Part shown: piece after piece, positions 23,782-40,920 of the stretch
How positions within the stretch are numbered: position 1 is the first letter of the stretch
How the letters are laid out: each line of letters starts with the position of its first letter
Notes under the pieces: generated by a model
What the model saw: the letters and a program-made list of their open reading frames with translations, nothing else
Told to the model about the DNA's origin: nothing
The model's database searches: none
Assembly (NCBI RefSeq): GCF_058153355.1
Contig: NZ_CM177019.1
Strand: one strand, 5' to 3'
Length of the DNA: 64,000 nucleotides
Program-made: the position numbers and the translations under genes

Positions 23782-24768
23782 TTACACTACGCCTGCACGC
23801 AGTAAATCATGCATATGTAACACACCGAGTAAATGGTCGCCATCGGCAACCATCACGGAGGTGATATGGCGGGACTGCATTAAGTTCAGTGCCTCAACGG
23901 CCAGAATGCCAGGGCGTACACGTATTCCCCCCGGCGTCATCACATCGGCAATACTTAACTGACGAACATCCACACCCATATCGAAGACACGGCGTAAATC
24001 ACCGTCGGTAAAGATGCCTTCAATCATCATATTGTCATCGCAAATGACCGTCATACCAAGATTTTTGCGGGTAACTTCCAGCAACGCGTCGCGCAGGCTG
24101 GCCGTTTTCTTAACATGCGGGATCTCATCGCCCGTATGCATAATATCGTTTACGCGCAGCAGAAGTTTACGACCCAGTGCGCCGCCGGGGTGTGAGAGCG
24201 CAAAATCTTCAGCAGTAAAGCCGCGTGCTTTTAACAGCGCGACAGCGAGCGCATCGCCCATAACCAGCGTGGCGGTCGTGCTGCTGGTCGGTGCCAGCCC
24301 TAACGGACAGGCTTCTTTCGCTACTTTAACACACAGATGCACATCTGCGGCGCGCGCCATGCTGCTCTCCGGGCGACCGGTGATGCAGATTAACGGCACG
24401 TGAAGACGCTTAAGCACTGGAATTAAGGCCGTGATTTCGCTGGATTCACCGGAGTTAGAGATAGCAATCACCACGTCCTGCGGGGTGACCATACCCAAAT
24501 CACCATGAGCAGCTTCACCTGGATGGACGAAAAATGAAGGTGTACCAGTGCTGGCAAACGTTGCCGCCATTTTGCGCCCAATATGCCCCGATTTCCCCAT
24601 CCCCATGACGACAACTTTCCCTTTACACCAGAACATCTTTTCACAGGCAAGCGTGAAATTCTGATTGATGTATTGATCAAGCTCCGCCAGGCATTCACGT
24701 TCAATCGCCAGGACTTCTTTACCTGCTTGCTGAAAGTCAAAACCCGGTTGTAACTCTACGTGCGACAT
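23782..24768 (-). CDS. kdsD: D-arabinose-5-phosphate isomerase (SIS + tandem CBS)
   Basis: ORF 23782..24789; conserved start MSHVELQPGFDFQQAG at the ATG ending 24768; 328 aa. Confidence 0.85.
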   Translation of the reverse strand: MSHVELQPGFDFQQAGKEVLAIERECLAELDQYINQNFTLACEKMFWCKGKVVVMGMGKSGHIGRKMAATFASTGTPSFFVHPGEAAHGDLGMVTPQDVVIAISNSGESSEITALIPVLKRLHVPLICITGRPESSMARAADVHLCVKVAKEACPLGLAPTSSTTATLVMGDALAVALLKARGFTAEDFALSHPGGALGRKLLLRVNDIMHTGDEIPHVKKTASLRDALLEVTRKNLGMTVICDDNMMIEGIFTDGDLRRVFDMGVDVRQLSIADVMTPGGIRVRPGILAVEALNLMQSRHITSVMVADGDHLLGVLHMHDLLRAGVV

Positions 24769-24781
24769 AATACGTTTCCAG

Positions 24782-25759
24782 TTATTCAACGAGTATTGGC
24801 GATAACCAGTACAACATCGCCAGCCATACGATAAATCCGCCAGTTAATAATACCCCTACACCACGGCCTGGTTGCGGGGAGCGCCGCCAGCACAGCAACG
24901 CAAAAATAATGCTCACCAGCAACATCACGCTGTAGTCACGACTGTACGCCAGTGGATCAATCTCTCCAGGCGTTATCAGCGCGGGTAAACCCAACACGAT
25001 GACAATATTAAAAATGTTTGCGCCAATGATATTCCCGACAGCAATGTCGTTTTCACCTTTGCGAACCCCCGCGATTGCGGTTGCCAGTTCTGGCAGACTG
25101 GTTCCGATAGCGATTGCCGTCAGACCCATCGTCAACTCGCTGATGGCAAAGTAATTCGCCAGCACCGTGGCGTTATCAACCACCATCCGCGTGGCCACTG
25201 GCATGATGATCAGCGCAATGCCGAGCCATAAAAACGCGACGGGCAATCCGCCTTCACGCGGCAGCTCTGCAAGCTGCTCTCTGGTCAGGCTGTCAGTCCC
25301 CTGACATTCAGCCAGACGTGCAAGTTTAACAATGAACAGCAGCCATAGCACAGCCAGAAAGAGGAGAAAGATACCATCGCTGCGACTAAGTTGTCCGTCA
25401 TAGAGTACGGAACCGGCCACTACACTGACCAACAACATTAAGGGTAATTCGCGGCGCAGAACATCGGAATGGACGGTAAAAGGACGTACCAGCGCAGCCA
25501 GACCGAGGATCAGCAAAATATTGATAATGTTTGATCCGAGGGCTACACCAACGGCTAAATCGCGTTGTTCGTGCAGTGATGCGGCAAGCGAAACGATGAT
25601 TTCTGGTAACGATGTGCCAATACTGACCACCGTCATGCCGATGATCAGTGGCGGTATGCCAAAGGATCGGCAAAGAATGGACGCGGCAAATACCAGGCGG
25701 TCGGCACTGTAAACGACCAAAAGTAAACCAACAATTAACAGTGCCGTAGCTAAAAGCAT
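24782..25759 (-). CDS. yrbG: Ca2+/Na+ antiporter family inner-membrane protein
   Basis: 325-aa hydrophobic ORF with duplicated GTSLPE motifs; divergent from mlaF. Confidence 0.85.
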   Translation of the reverse strand: MLLATALLIVGLLLVVYSADRLVFAASILCRSFGIPPLIIGMTVVSIGTSLPEIIVSLAASLHEQRDLAVGVALGSNIINILLILGLAALVRPFTVHSDVLRRELPLMLLVSVVAGSVLYDGQLSRSDGIFLLFLAVLWLLFIVKLARLAECQGTDSLTREQLAELPREGGLPVAFLWLGIALIIMPVATRMVVDNATVLANYFAISELTMGLTAIAIGTSLPELATAIAGVRKGENDIAVGNIIGANIFNIVIVLGLPALITPGEIDPLAYSRDYSVMLLVSIIFALLCWRRSPQPGRGVGVLLTGGFIVWLAMLYWLSPILVE

Positions 25760-25968
25760 CTAACGTCCTTTCTTCAGGTATACTCGCCGGTCCGCTGAAG
25801 ATTTTCAGAAAGCCGTAACGGATTCTTAATTTTGACTTTATGCGGCTAAAAAGTAAAACAAATGCCAGCTTTCGCTAACCACGGCGGGTAATATTCTGTA
25901 AATATGTTGGGTTCAAGGTTAAATTGAGCGCCATGCTTAGAAAATCAACGCAAGACGAAGGGTGAATT

Positions 25969-27568
<1,600 letters not shown>

Positions 27569-27572
27569 GTTC

Positions 27573-28124
27573 ATGCAAACGAAAAAAAATGAAATTTGGG
27601 TGGGTATCTTTTTATTAGCAGCACTGCTGGCGGCGCTGTTTGTTTGCCTGAAGGCGGCGAACGTGACGTCCATACGTACTGAACCGACCTATACGCTTTA
27701 TGCGACGTTCGATAACATTGGCGGCCTGAAAGCGCGCTCTCCGGTCAGCATTGGTGGCGTTGTTGTGGGCCGGGTGGCGGATATTACGCTGGACCCGAAA
27801 ACCTATCTGCCACGCGTAACGCTGGAAATTGAACAACGTTATAACCACATTCCTGATACCAGTTCGCTGAGCATCCGTACTTCCGGCCTGCTGGGGGAAC
27901 AATATCTGGCATTAAACGTCGGTTTTGAAGACCCGGAACTGGGGACTGCTATCCTGAAGGATGGCGATACAATCCAGGACACTAAGTCTGCGATGGTGCT
28001 GGAAGATCTCATTGGTCAGTTCCTTTACGGTAGTAAAGGCGATGACAATAAGAATAGTGGCGATGCGCCAGCTGCTGCGCCAGGTAATAATGAAACCACT
28101 GAACCTGTGGGTACAACGAAATAA
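27573..28124 (+). CDS. mlaD: Mla MCE-domain substrate-binding protein
   Basis: ORF 27558..28124; conserved start MQTKKNEIWVGIFLL at ATG 27573; 183 aa. Confidence 0.85.
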   Translation: MQTKKNEIWVGIFLLAALLAALFVCLKAANVTSIRTEPTYTLYATFDNIGGLKARSPVSIGGVVVGRVADITLDPKTYLPRVTLEIEQRYNHIPDTSSLSIRTSGLLGEQYLALNVGFEDPELGTAILKDGDTIQDTKSAMVLEDLIGQFLYGSKGDDNKNSGDAPAAAPGNNETTEPVGTTK

Positions 28125-28777
<653 letters not shown>

Positions 28778-28778
<1 letters not shown>

Positions 28779-29071
28779 TGAGCGAGTCACTGAGCTGGAT
28801 GCAGACGGGTGACACGCTGGCGTTATCCGGAGAGCTGGATCAGGACGTTCTGCTACCGCTTTGGGAAATGCGTGAGGAGGCGGTGAAGGGGATTACCTGC
28901 ATCGATCTTAGCCGTGTATCCCGCGTTGATACAGGTGGACTGGCGCTGCTGCTCCATCTTATCGATCTGGCGAAAAAGCAGGGCAACAATGTGACGCTTC
29001 AGGGGGTAAACGACAAAGTGTATACCCTGGCGAAATTGTATAATTTGCCTGCTGATGTTCTGCCTCGTTAA
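28778..29071 (+). CDS. mlaB: STAS-domain Mla accessory protein
   Basis: ORF 28682..29071; conserved start MSESLSWMQTGDTLAL at ATG 28778; 97 aa. Confidence 0.8.
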
Positions 29072-29081
29072 ATTTTTTCAG

Positions 29082-29111
29082 GCCGGATAAGGCGTTAACC
29101 GCCTGTCCGGC
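29082..29111. repeat. REP-like palindromic element downstream of mlaB
   Basis: GCCGGATAAGGCGTTAACCGCCTGTCCGGC read directly; resembles the REP family (GCCGGATG…CATCCGGC type). Confidence 0.5.
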
Positions 29112-29230
29112 AAACCTGCCTGCAAGTTGAGCCTTGTCTGATTTATCAGCGAGGCTTTTTGCTTATTTATGCCAGCGCAACTTTGCTCTAAGATGTTTCG
29201 CTGGTTTATTAACTGATGATTGAAGATCCC

Positions 29231-29485
29231 ATGGAAAATAATGAAATTCAGAGCGTGTTGATGAACGCTCTCTCCCTCCAGGAAGTCCACGTTTCCGGCG
29301 ATGGCAGCCACTTTCAGGTTATTGCCGTGGGTGAGTTGTTTGACGGCATGAGTCGGGTTAAAAAACAGCAGACGGTCTATGGTCCGCTGATGGAATATAT
29401 TGCGGATAACCGCATACATGCTGTGTCGATTAAAGCGTATACCCCTGCGGAGTGGGCGCGCGATCGCAAACTGAACGGCTTTTGA
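29231..29485 (+). CDS. ibaG: BolA-family acid-stress protein
   Basis: ORF 29216..29485; conserved start [14 protein letters not shown] at ATG 29231; 84 aa. Confidence 0.8.
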
Positions 29486-29539
29486 GCTATGGGCGATTCG
29501 CCGGTAGCGGATATGAATTGTTAACTGAGAACAAACTAA

Positions 29540-30799
<1,260 letters not shown>

Positions 30800-30846
30800 T
30801 CGTCCGAGAGCTGGCAGCCCCGTTCGCGGGGCTACCGCCAGACCAC

Positions 30847-31125
30847 TCATTTTTTCGGTTTAGTGTAGCTACGCATCAACTGCGTTCTGTCGATAAACTC
30901 ATGGGTCTGCGGATCATGGTAGCGTGATGGCCAGATAACCCAGGGGTCAGTTCCCAGGGCTTTCGCAATAATCATCTCTCCTTTCGGCCATGGGCGCGAT
31001 AATGCGTTCGCCAGCGTTGAGGAACTCAAACCATTTCTACGAGATTCCGCCGCCATTGACGTTCCTTTCTTGCGTAAACCCGCAATGATGTCAGCGGGAT
31101 GCCAGTCAATGAAATTACTTTCCAT
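30847..31125 (-). CDS. sfsB: Ner-like DNA-binding transcriptional regulator
   Basis: 92-aa ORF; small basic HTH protein in the expected position between murA and ispB. Confidence 0.8.
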   Translation of the reverse strand: MESNFIDWHPADIIAGLRKKGTSMAAESRRNGLSSSTLANALSRPWPKGEMIIAKALGTDPWVIWPSRYHDPQTHEFIDRTQLMRSYTKPKK

Positions 31126-31353
31126 CTTTCCTCACTCCTTAAGTTAGTCGCTTTCATTCAGAACACTTCTTCTGTCGAGCATCACTATACTCCTGATGGC
31201 CTATTGCTCTAAAAAGTTCCTGTAAAGAGTGTGAATATTCAGAATATATAAAGATACATACACTGGTTTTTCAGGCGTTATTACGCTGAATAAGTGTTTT
31301 TATGGAACTTATTGGAATCATCCCGCGCACTGCGCGGGATGAGGGGGAGGGGA

Positions 31354-32325
31354 TTAACGATCGCGTTGAACAGCGATGTGCGCGAGGCCGATGAGTGCTT
31401 CTCGCCACGGGGTGTCCGGGAGCACCTGTAACGCTGCGATGGCTTTGTCTGCTTCTTCCTCGGCACGCTGACGCGTCCATTCAAGAGAGCCACAAGCGTT
31501 CATTGCTTCCAGAACCGGTTCCAGAAGATGACGACCGTTACCCTGTTCGATGGCGGTACGAATCATCTGTGCCTGTTCTGGTGTGCCATGATGCATTGCA
31601 TGCAGCAGCGGCAGCGTCGGTTTACCTTCGTTCAGATCGTCGCCGACGTTTTTACCTAACTGTTCGCCATCGGCATTGTAATCGAGTAAATCGTCAATCA
31701 ACTGGAAAGCGGTGCCGAGATAACGCCCATAATCCTGCAGGCCTTTCTCCTCCTCCGGCGTACAGCCAGCCAGAATCCCGGAACACTGCGCGGCAGCCTC
31801 AAACAGACGCGCGGTTTTGCTATAGATAACGCGCATGTAGTTTTCTTCGGTGATGTCCGGATCGTTAACGTTCATCAGTTGCAGAACTTCACCTTCTGCG
31901 ATGACGTTTACGGCTTCTGACATGACTTCCAGCACTTTGAGCGAACCGAGGCTGGTCATCATCTGGAACGCGCGGGTATAAATAAAATCGCCTACCAGCA
32001 CGCTGGCGGCATTGCCAAATGCGGCGTTGGCGGTAGCTTTACCCCTGCGCATATCTGATTCATCCACAACGTCGTCGTGCAGCAGAGTCGCCGTGTGGAT
32101 AAACTCGATCAGGGCAGCAATGGTGACATGCGCATTTCCCTCATAGCCAACAGCTCGTGCAGCCAGTACAGCAATCATCGGACGAATACGTTTACCGCCG
32201 CCGCTGACGATGTAATAGCCTAACTGATTGATCAGTTGGACGTCGGAATTAAGCTGCTCAAGGATTGCCGCATTAACACCCGCCATATCTTGCGCGGTTA
32301 ACTCATTGATTTTTTCTAAATTCAT
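31354..32325 (-). CDS. ispB: Octaprenyl diphosphate synthase
   Basis: 323-aa ORF with polyprenyl synthase Asp-rich motifs (LLHDDVVDESD and DDLLDY). Confidence 0.9.
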   Translation of the reverse strand: MNLEKINELTAQDMAGVNAAILEQLNSDVQLINQLGYYIVSGGGKRIRPMIAVLAARAVGYEGNAHVTIAALIEFIHTATLLHDDVVDESDMRRGKATANAAFGNAASVLVGDFIYTRAFQMMTSLGSLKVLEVMSEAVNVIAEGEVLQLMNVNDPDITEENYMRVIYSKTARLFEAAAQCSGILAGCTPEEEKGLQDYGRYLGTAFQLIDDLLDYNADGEQLGKNVGDDLNEGKPTLPLLHAMHHGTPEQAQMIRTAIEQGNGRHLLEPVLEAMNACGSLEWTRQRAEEEADKAIAALQVLPDTPWREALIGLAHIAVQRDR

Positions 32326-32547
32326 CGCAAAAGCCGGGCTTTTCGCCCCGATTACCTTACTGTGAACAAAGGCAACTTAGGGTTTATGGTTAGGAATATA
32401 GGGTGATTGTACTGAAAAAATGGCACAGATAAACGTTACCGTACAAGTTGTGTTTTTTTTCTTCGTGTATTGACTGTAGCACTTGTCAAAGGCGTGCGTT
32501 TTGCGTAATATTCGCGCCCTATTGTGAATATTTATAGCGCACTCTGA

Positions 32548-33173
<626 letters not shown>

Positions 33174-33198
33174 GTTTTTCGCGTCCCGGTAACGGATG

Positions 33199-33228
33199 AA
33201 AGCCCCGCAACACGTTGCGGGGCTTTTT
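33199..33228 (+). terminator. Rho-independent terminator after rpmA
   Basis: AGCCCCGCAA-CACG-TTGCGGGGCT followed by TTTTT. Confidence 0.8.
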
Positions 33229-33299
33229 ACATTCGATAACCGGTAAAAATTCGCATCGTGCGGCGTTAACTCGCAAATGCGTTTTGTAGGGAATACGGT

Positions 33300-34265
33300 A
33301 TGAAGCAGCAGGCAGGCATTGGCATTCTTTTGGCGCTCACCACAGCAATTTGCTGGGGGGCGTTGCCAATTGCAATGAAGCAGGTGCTGGAGGTGATGGA
33401 ACCTCCGACAATCGTGTTTTACCGTTTCTTGATGGCGAGTATTGGCCTTGGTGCCATTCTTGCGGTGAAGAAGAGGTTGCCGCCATTACGCGTGTTTCGT
33501 AAGCCACGCTGGTTGATTTTGTTGGCAGTGGCGACCGCCGGGCTGTTTGGGAACTTCATCCTGTTCAGCTCATCCTTGCAATACCTGAGTCCGACCGCTT
33601 CGCAGGTGATTGGTCAACTCTCGCCAGTTGGCATGATGGTTGCCAGCGTATTTATCCTGAAAGAGAAAATGCGCAGCACCCAGGTAGTGGGGGCATTGAT
33701 GCTCCTGAGCGGCCTGGTGATGTTTTTTAACACCAGTCTGGTTGAGATATTTACAAAGCTCACCGATTACACCTGGGGAGTTATCTTTGGGGTCGGTGCG
33801 GCGACGGTTTGGGTGAGTTATGGCGTAGCGCAGAAGGTTTTATTGCGTCGGCTGGCCTCACCGCAGATCCTGTTTTTGCTGTACACTTTATGTACAATTG
33901 CGCTCTTCCCTCTGGCAAATCCTGGAGTGATAGCGCAGCTTAGCCACTGGCAGCTCGCATGTTTAATTTTTTGCGGACTGAATACATTGGTAGGATATGG
34001 CGCCCTGGCGGAAGCGATGGCTCGCTGGCAGGCAGCGCAGGTGAGCGCGATCATCACGCTCACCCCACTGTTTACGCTGTTTTTTTCAGATCTTTTATCA
34101 CTGGCCTGGCCCGATTTCTTCGCCAGACCGATGTTAAACCTTTTAGGTTATCTCGGTGCGTTTGTCGTGGTTGCGGGCGCGATGTATTCCGCCATTGGTC
34201 ATCGTATTTGGGGCGGATTACGTAAGCATACAACGGTGGTATCGCAACCCCGCGCAGGCGAATGA
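33300..34265 (+). CDS. yhbE: EamA/DMT-family inner-membrane transporter
   Basis: 321-aa polytopic ORF upstream of obgE. Confidence 0.8.
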   Translation: MKQQAGIGILLALTTAICWGALPIAMKQVLEVMEPPTIVFYRFLMASIGLGAILAVKKRLPPLRVFRKPRWLILLAVATAGLFGNFILFSSSLQYLSPTASQVIGQLSPVGMMVASVFILKEKMRSTQVVGALMLLSGLVMFFNTSLVEIFTKLTDYTWGVIFGVGAATVWVSYGVAQKVLLRRLASPQILFLLYTLCTIALFPLANPGVIAQLSHWQLACLIFCGLNTLVGYGALAEAMARWQAAQVSAIITLTPLFTLFFSDLLSLAWPDFFARPMLNLLGYLGAFVVVAGAMYSAIGHRIWGGLRKHTTVVSQPRAGE

Positions 34266-35453
<1,188 letters not shown>

Positions 35454-35460
35454 TCAGCTA

Positions 35461-35490
35461 AACCCCGGCCATGTGCCGGGGTTTCTCTTT
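35461..35490. terminator. Hairpin between convergent obgE and dacB (probable bidirectional terminator)
   Basis: CCCCGGC-CATGT-GCCGGGG followed by TTTCTCTTT. Confidence 0.6.
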
Positions 35491-35493
35491 AGA

Positions 35494-36927
35494 CTAATTA
35501 TTCTGATAAATATCTTTATACAAACGGCTTTCAAAACGCACTAACGGAATGCGGCGATTACGCTGATCCGCGGGTTCTACCGCATAGCCAGAAAGATATT
35601 GTACAAACGCCATTCGTTGCCCGCTCGCTGTGGTAATGAATCCCGCCAGGTTATATACCCCCTGCAAAGAGCCGGTTTTTGCTGAGACTTTTCCGTCCAC
35701 GCCAGCCTGATGCAGGCCCGCACGGTACTGCAAAGAGCCGTCATAGCCTGCCAGCGGCAGCATAGAGATAAAGTTAAGTTCATTGTCATGTTGGGCAATG
35801 TATTGCAGCACCTGCATCATGGTGGCAGGTGCAATCAGGTTATGCCGCGAAAGCCCTGAACCATCGGCAATAATCGTGTTACCAATATCGATACCAGCTT
35901 GCTGACGCAGGATCTGACGTACGGCGTCCGACCCGGCCCGCCATGTTCCGGGCACATTGAAGCGCGCATGGCCTATCATGCGGAAAACCGTATCGGCAAT
36001 CATGTTGTCTGACTTTTTCAGCATAATCTTAAGCAGATCGTGCAACGGGGCCGACTGTTTACTGGCAACTACCGTTCCGGGTTCATTAACCTGAGTCTGG
36101 CGCAGTAGTGTTCCGCTCCAGGTGATACCTGCCTGTTTTAACTCATCTTTCAGAATTGCACCGGCATAGCTGGCTCCATCCTGTATGGCAAAAGCCAACG
36201 GGAGCGGCTCAGAACGTTGTGGCAGGCATCCGGTCAGCGTAAAGCGGTTCAGGTCGCCTGGCACCACATCCAGCTCGCAATATTGCGCTTCGGCAGAACC
36301 ACGGGGGAGGGTGCGTACCTGGCTGAACATCGTAACGGGGTAATAAGATGCCACGCGTATAAAGGCCATATCACCGGGTTTTTGGGCACTGTAGAGCGAG
36401 ACGGAGAAACAGTTGCGGTCAACTATGGCGGCGGCAGGCGGAGCGCTAAAGCATTGTGTCATGTCATTCCACGGCCAGCCGGGGGCTTTATCGTGGCTGG
36501 CAAAAATGGAGGTGTCTATCAACACATTACCATCAATTTGGTTGACGCCAGATTTTTTCAAAGTCGTGACCATATTGCGAATATCCTGACGTTTTAACGT
36601 CGGATCGGCACCAAATCGCGCCACTAAGTCACCCCTGAGTACGCCGTTTTCCACATTGCCTTTGGTTTCAAGCGTAGTAGTAAAACGAAAATCGGGGCCG
36701 AGTTGAATCAACGCCACCAGCGCAGTAATCACTTTCTGCGTACTGGCGGGCAGCGCCATCTGCTGACTGTGGTAATCAATAGCGGGGGCCGATGCGCCGA
36801 CTTTTTGCACCATCAGGGCAAGGTTGGCACCAGCGGGAAGTTGAGTAATGTACTCATCAACATTTGCGGCCTGAACACTGAACGCTATACAGCTGGTCAA
36901 TCCGATGATAAATCTGGAAAATCGCAT
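35494..36927 (-). CDS. dacB: D-alanyl-D-alanine carboxypeptidase/endopeptidase PBP4
   Basis: 477-aa ORF with signal peptide and S-x-x-K motif (STQK). Confidence 0.9.
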   Translation of the reverse strand: MRFSRFIIGLTSCIAFSVQAANVDEYITQLPAGANLALMVQKVGASAPAIDYHSQQMALPASTQKVITALVALIQLGPDFRFTTTLETKGNVENGVLRGDLVARFGADPTLKRQDIRNMVTTLKKSGVNQIDGNVLIDTSIFASHDKAPGWPWNDMTQCFSAPPAAAIVDRNCFSVSLYSAQKPGDMAFIRVASYYPVTMFSQVRTLPRGSAEAQYCELDVVPGDLNRFTLTGCLPQRSEPLPLAFAIQDGASYAGAILKDELKQAGITWSGTLLRQTQVNEPGTVVASKQSAPLHDLLKIMLKKSDNMIADTVFRMIGHARFNVPGTWRAGSDAVRQILRQQAGIDIGNTIIADGSGLSRHNLIAPATMMQVLQYIAQHDNELNFISMLPLAGYDGSLQYRAGLHQAGVDGKVSAKTGSLQGVYNLAGFITTASGQRMAFVQYLSGYAVEPADQRNRRIPLVRFESRLYKDIYQNN

Positions 36928-37009
36928 AATCTCGCGCTAACAACCTGGAATCGAGCCGTCATACTACGGCGCAACGCCCTATAAAGTAAACGATGACCCT
37001 TCGGGAACT

Positions 37010-37080
37010 TCAGGGTAAAATGACTATCAAAATGTGAATTGTAGCTGACCTGGGACTTGTACCCGGGTCGGTATTTTTTT
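37010..37080 (+). ncRNA. graL: greA leader region with intrinsic attenuator (GraL-type leader RNA)
   Basis: Hairpin GACCTGGG…CCCGGGTC followed by TATTTTTTT about 100 nt upstream of the greA start; a leader-derived sRNA is described for greA. Exact ends not determinable from sequence. Confidence 0.4.
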
Positions 37081-37174
37081 GCTTCTGGTCCCGGTGAGGA
37101 GTTTTGCCGGGCAGGCCGAACAGCCGGGGTGGGTGAAGACTTGCCCCATCAGGAATATTCAAGAGGTATAACAA

Positions 37175-37651
<477 letters not shown>

Positions 37652-37693
37652 GAATTACCCAATACTCAAGATGTTGATGTATTGTAAAGAAAG

Positions 37694-37720
37694 GAAAAAG
37701 GCCGCTATGCGGCCTTTTAT
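37694..37720. terminator. Bidirectional rho-independent terminator between greA and yhbY
   Basis: AAAAAGGCCGC-TAT-GCGGCCTTTTAT. Confidence 0.75.
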
Positions 37721-37806
37721 CAACGAACAGAGCGTGGCATTTTGCTCTCCTGCCTGCGGAAAACCCCTCGTTTTACACAGCAAATGTGTGTAACTTTAGG
37801 ATAATC

Positions 37807-38100
37807 TTAGCGTGGCAACGAGATTTTACGTTCTTTAGTTGGGCGATAAAGCACCAGCGTTTTACCGATGACCTGTACATTACAGGCGCCGGTTTCGCGC
37901 ACGATAGCTTCCACGATCAAGGTTTTAGTTTCGCGATCTTCGGTGGCGATTTTCACCTTGATGAGTTCATGGTGCTCTAACGCTTGTTCAATCTCGGCCA
38001 GCACCCCTTCGGTCAAACCATTACTGCCAAGCAGAACAACTGGCTTGAGCGGATGTGCCAGACCTTTCAGGTGCTGTTTTTGTTTAGTACTCAGATTCAT
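37807..38100 (-). CDS. yhbY: CRS1/YhbY-family RNA-binding protein
   Basis: 97-aa ORF; divergent from rlmE. Confidence 0.85.
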   Translation of the reverse strand: MNLSTKQKQHLKGLAHPLKPVVLLGSNGLTEGVLAEIEQALEHHELIKVKIATEDRETKTLIVEAIVRETGACNVQVIGKTLVLYRPTKERKISLPR

Positions 38101-38225
38101 CGTATTTTTTGCTTACGTTGGGATTGAAAACGGGTCATTCTACCGCCATCTCCCATATATCACCAAATAGGCGCGTAAAAATTTACGCAATTGGTTACGA
38201 TGAGTTATCCCCATGGGAAAGTTAA

Positions 38226-38855
38226 ATGACAGGTAAGAAGCGTTCTGCCAGCTCCAGCCGCTGGCTTCAGGAACACTTTAGCGATAAATATGTTCAACAG
38301 GCACAGAAAAAGGGGTTACGTTCCCGTGCCTGGTTTAAACTTGATGAAATACAGCAAAGTGACAAACTCTTTAAACCGGGAATGACGGTTGTCGACCTTG
38401 GTGCTGCTCCGGGTGGTTGGTCACAATATGTGGTCACCCAAATTGGCGGCAAAGGCCGCATCATCGCTTGCGATCTTTTACCTATGGATCCTATCGTTGG
38501 TGTGGACTTTCTTCAGGGCGATTTTCGTGATGAACTGGTGATGAAAGCACTGCTGGAGCGCGTTGGCGACAGCAAAGTCCAGGTTGTCATGTCCGATATG
38601 GCACCAAACATGAGCGGAACACCGGCGGTGGATATCCCCCGTGCCATGTATCTGGTGGAACTGGCGTTAGAAATGTGTCGTGATGTATTAGCGCCAGGTG
38701 GCAGTTTTGTAGTGAAGGTGTTCCAGGGCGAAGGTTTCGATGAGTATCTAAGGGAAATTCGCTCCCTGTTTACGAAGGTCAAAGTTCGTAAGCCGGACTC
38801 TTCTCGTGCACGTTCGCGGGAAGTGTATATTGTAGCGACCGGGCGTAAACCCTAA
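38226..38855 (+). CDS. rlmE: 23S rRNA 2'-O-ribose U2552 methyltransferase
   Basis: 209-aa ORF with SAM-binding motif [12 protein letters not shown]; directly upstream of ftsH. Confidence 0.9.
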
Positions 38856-38954
38856 CCGGGAGATTTCAGACGAAAGTTTGAAAGATGCTGGATATAGAGT
38901 ATCCTGACGCTGTTTTTAACACAGTTGTAATAAGAGGTTAATCCCTTGAGTGAC

Positions 38955-40889
38955 ATGGCGAAAAACCTAATACTCTGGCTGGTCATTGCCGTTGTGCTGA
39001 TGTCAGTATTCCAGAGCTTTGGGCCCAGCGAGTCTAATGGCCGTAAGGTGGATTACTCTACCTTCCTACAAGAGGTCAATAACGACCAGGTTCGTGAAGC
39101 GCGTATCAACGGACGTGAAATCAACGTTACCAAGAAAGATAGTAACCGTTATACCACTTACATTCCGGTTCAGGATCCGAAATTACTGGATAACCTGTTG
39201 ACCAAGAACGTCAAGGTTGTCGGTGAACCGCCTGAAGAACCAAGCCTGCTGGCTTCTATCTTCATCTCCTGGTTCCCGATGCTGTTGCTGATTGGTGTCT
39301 GGATCTTCTTCATGCGTCAAATGCAGGGCGGCGGTGGCAAAGGTGCCATGTCGTTCGGTAAGAGCAAAGCGCGCATGCTGACGGAAGATCAGATCAAAAC
39401 GACCTTTGCTGACGTTGCGGGCTGCGACGAAGCAAAAGAAGAAGTTGCTGAACTGGTTGAGTATCTGCGCGAGCCGAGCCGCTTCCAGAAACTCGGCGGT
39501 AAGATCCCGAAAGGCGTCCTGATGGTCGGTCCTCCGGGTACCGGTAAAACGCTGCTGGCGAAAGCGATTGCAGGCGAAGCGAAAGTTCCGTTCTTTACTA
39601 TCTCCGGTTCTGACTTCGTAGAAATGTTCGTCGGTGTGGGTGCATCCCGTGTTCGTGACATGTTCGAACAGGCGAAGAAAGCGGCTCCGTGCATCATCTT
39701 TATCGATGAAATCGACGCCGTAGGCCGCCAGCGTGGCGCAGGTCTGGGCGGTGGTCACGATGAACGTGAACAGACTCTGAACCAGATGCTGGTTGAGATG
39801 GATGGCTTCGAAGGTAACGAAGGTATCATCGTTATCGCTGCGACTAACCGTCCGGACGTTCTCGACCCGGCGCTGCTGCGTCCTGGCCGTTTCGACCGTC
39901 AGGTTGTGGTTGGCTTGCCAGATGTTCGCGGTCGTGAGCAGATTCTGAAAGTTCACATGCGTCGCGTACCATTGGCACCCGATATCGACGCGGCAATCAT
40001 TGCCCGTGGTACTCCTGGTTTCTCCGGTGCTGACCTGGCGAACCTGGTGAACGAAGCGGCACTGTTCGCTGCTCGTGGCAACAAACGTGTTGTGTCGATG
40101 GTTGAGTTCGAGAAAGCGAAAGACAAAATCATGATGGGTGCGGAACGTCGCTCCATGGTGATGACGGAAGCGCAGAAAGAATCGACTGCTTACCACGAAG
40201 CAGGTCACGCGATTATCGGTCGCCTGGTGCCGGAACACGATCCGGTGCACAAAGTAACGATTATCCCGCGCGGTCGTGCGCTGGGTGTGACCTTCTTCTT
40301 GCCTGAGGGCGACGCAATCAGCGCCAGCCGTCAGAAACTGGAAAGCCAGATTTCTACGCTGTACGGCGGTCGTCTGGCTGAAGAGATCATCTACGGGCCG
40401 GAACATGTTTCTACCGGGGCGTCCAACGATATTAAAGTTGCGACCAACCTGGCGCGTAACATGGTTACCCAGTGGGGCTTCTCTGAGAAACTCGGTCCGC
40501 TGCTGTATGCGGAAGAAGAAGGTGAAGTGTTCCTCGGTCGTAGCGTAGCGAAAGCGAAACATATGTCCGATGAAACGGCACGCATCATCGACCAGGAAGT
40601 GAAAGCACTGATCGAGCGTAACTATAATCGTGCGCGTCAGCTTCTGACCGACAACATGGATATTCTGCATGCGATGAAAGATGCTCTCATGAAATATGAG
40701 ACTATCGACGCACCGCAGATTGATGACCTGATGGCACGTCGCGATGTACGTCCGCCAGCGGGCTGGGAAGAACCAGGCGCTTCTAACAATTCTGGCGACA
40801 ATGGTAGTCCAAAGGCTCCGCGTCCGGTTGATGAACCGCGTACGCCGAACCCGGGTAACACCATGTCAGAGCAGTTAGGCGACAAGTAA
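38955..40889 (+). CDS. ftsH: ATP-dependent zinc metalloprotease FtsH
   Basis: ORF 38946..40889 (TTG-extended in track); conserved start [13 protein letters not shown] at ATG 38955; Walker [14 protein letters not shown] zinc motif; 644 aa. Confidence 0.95.
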
Positions 40890-40920
40890 GTTCCCGCATT
40901 AGATGACTGTATTTGTACTG

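Noticed and set aside
38101-38225. Heat-shock (sigma-32) promoter upstream of rlmE-ftsH.
   Set aside because: A TTGAAA element (38124-38129) and CCCAT-containing sequences are present, but spacing to a convincing CCCCATnT -10 is ambiguous by eye, so I do not report coordinates as a feature.
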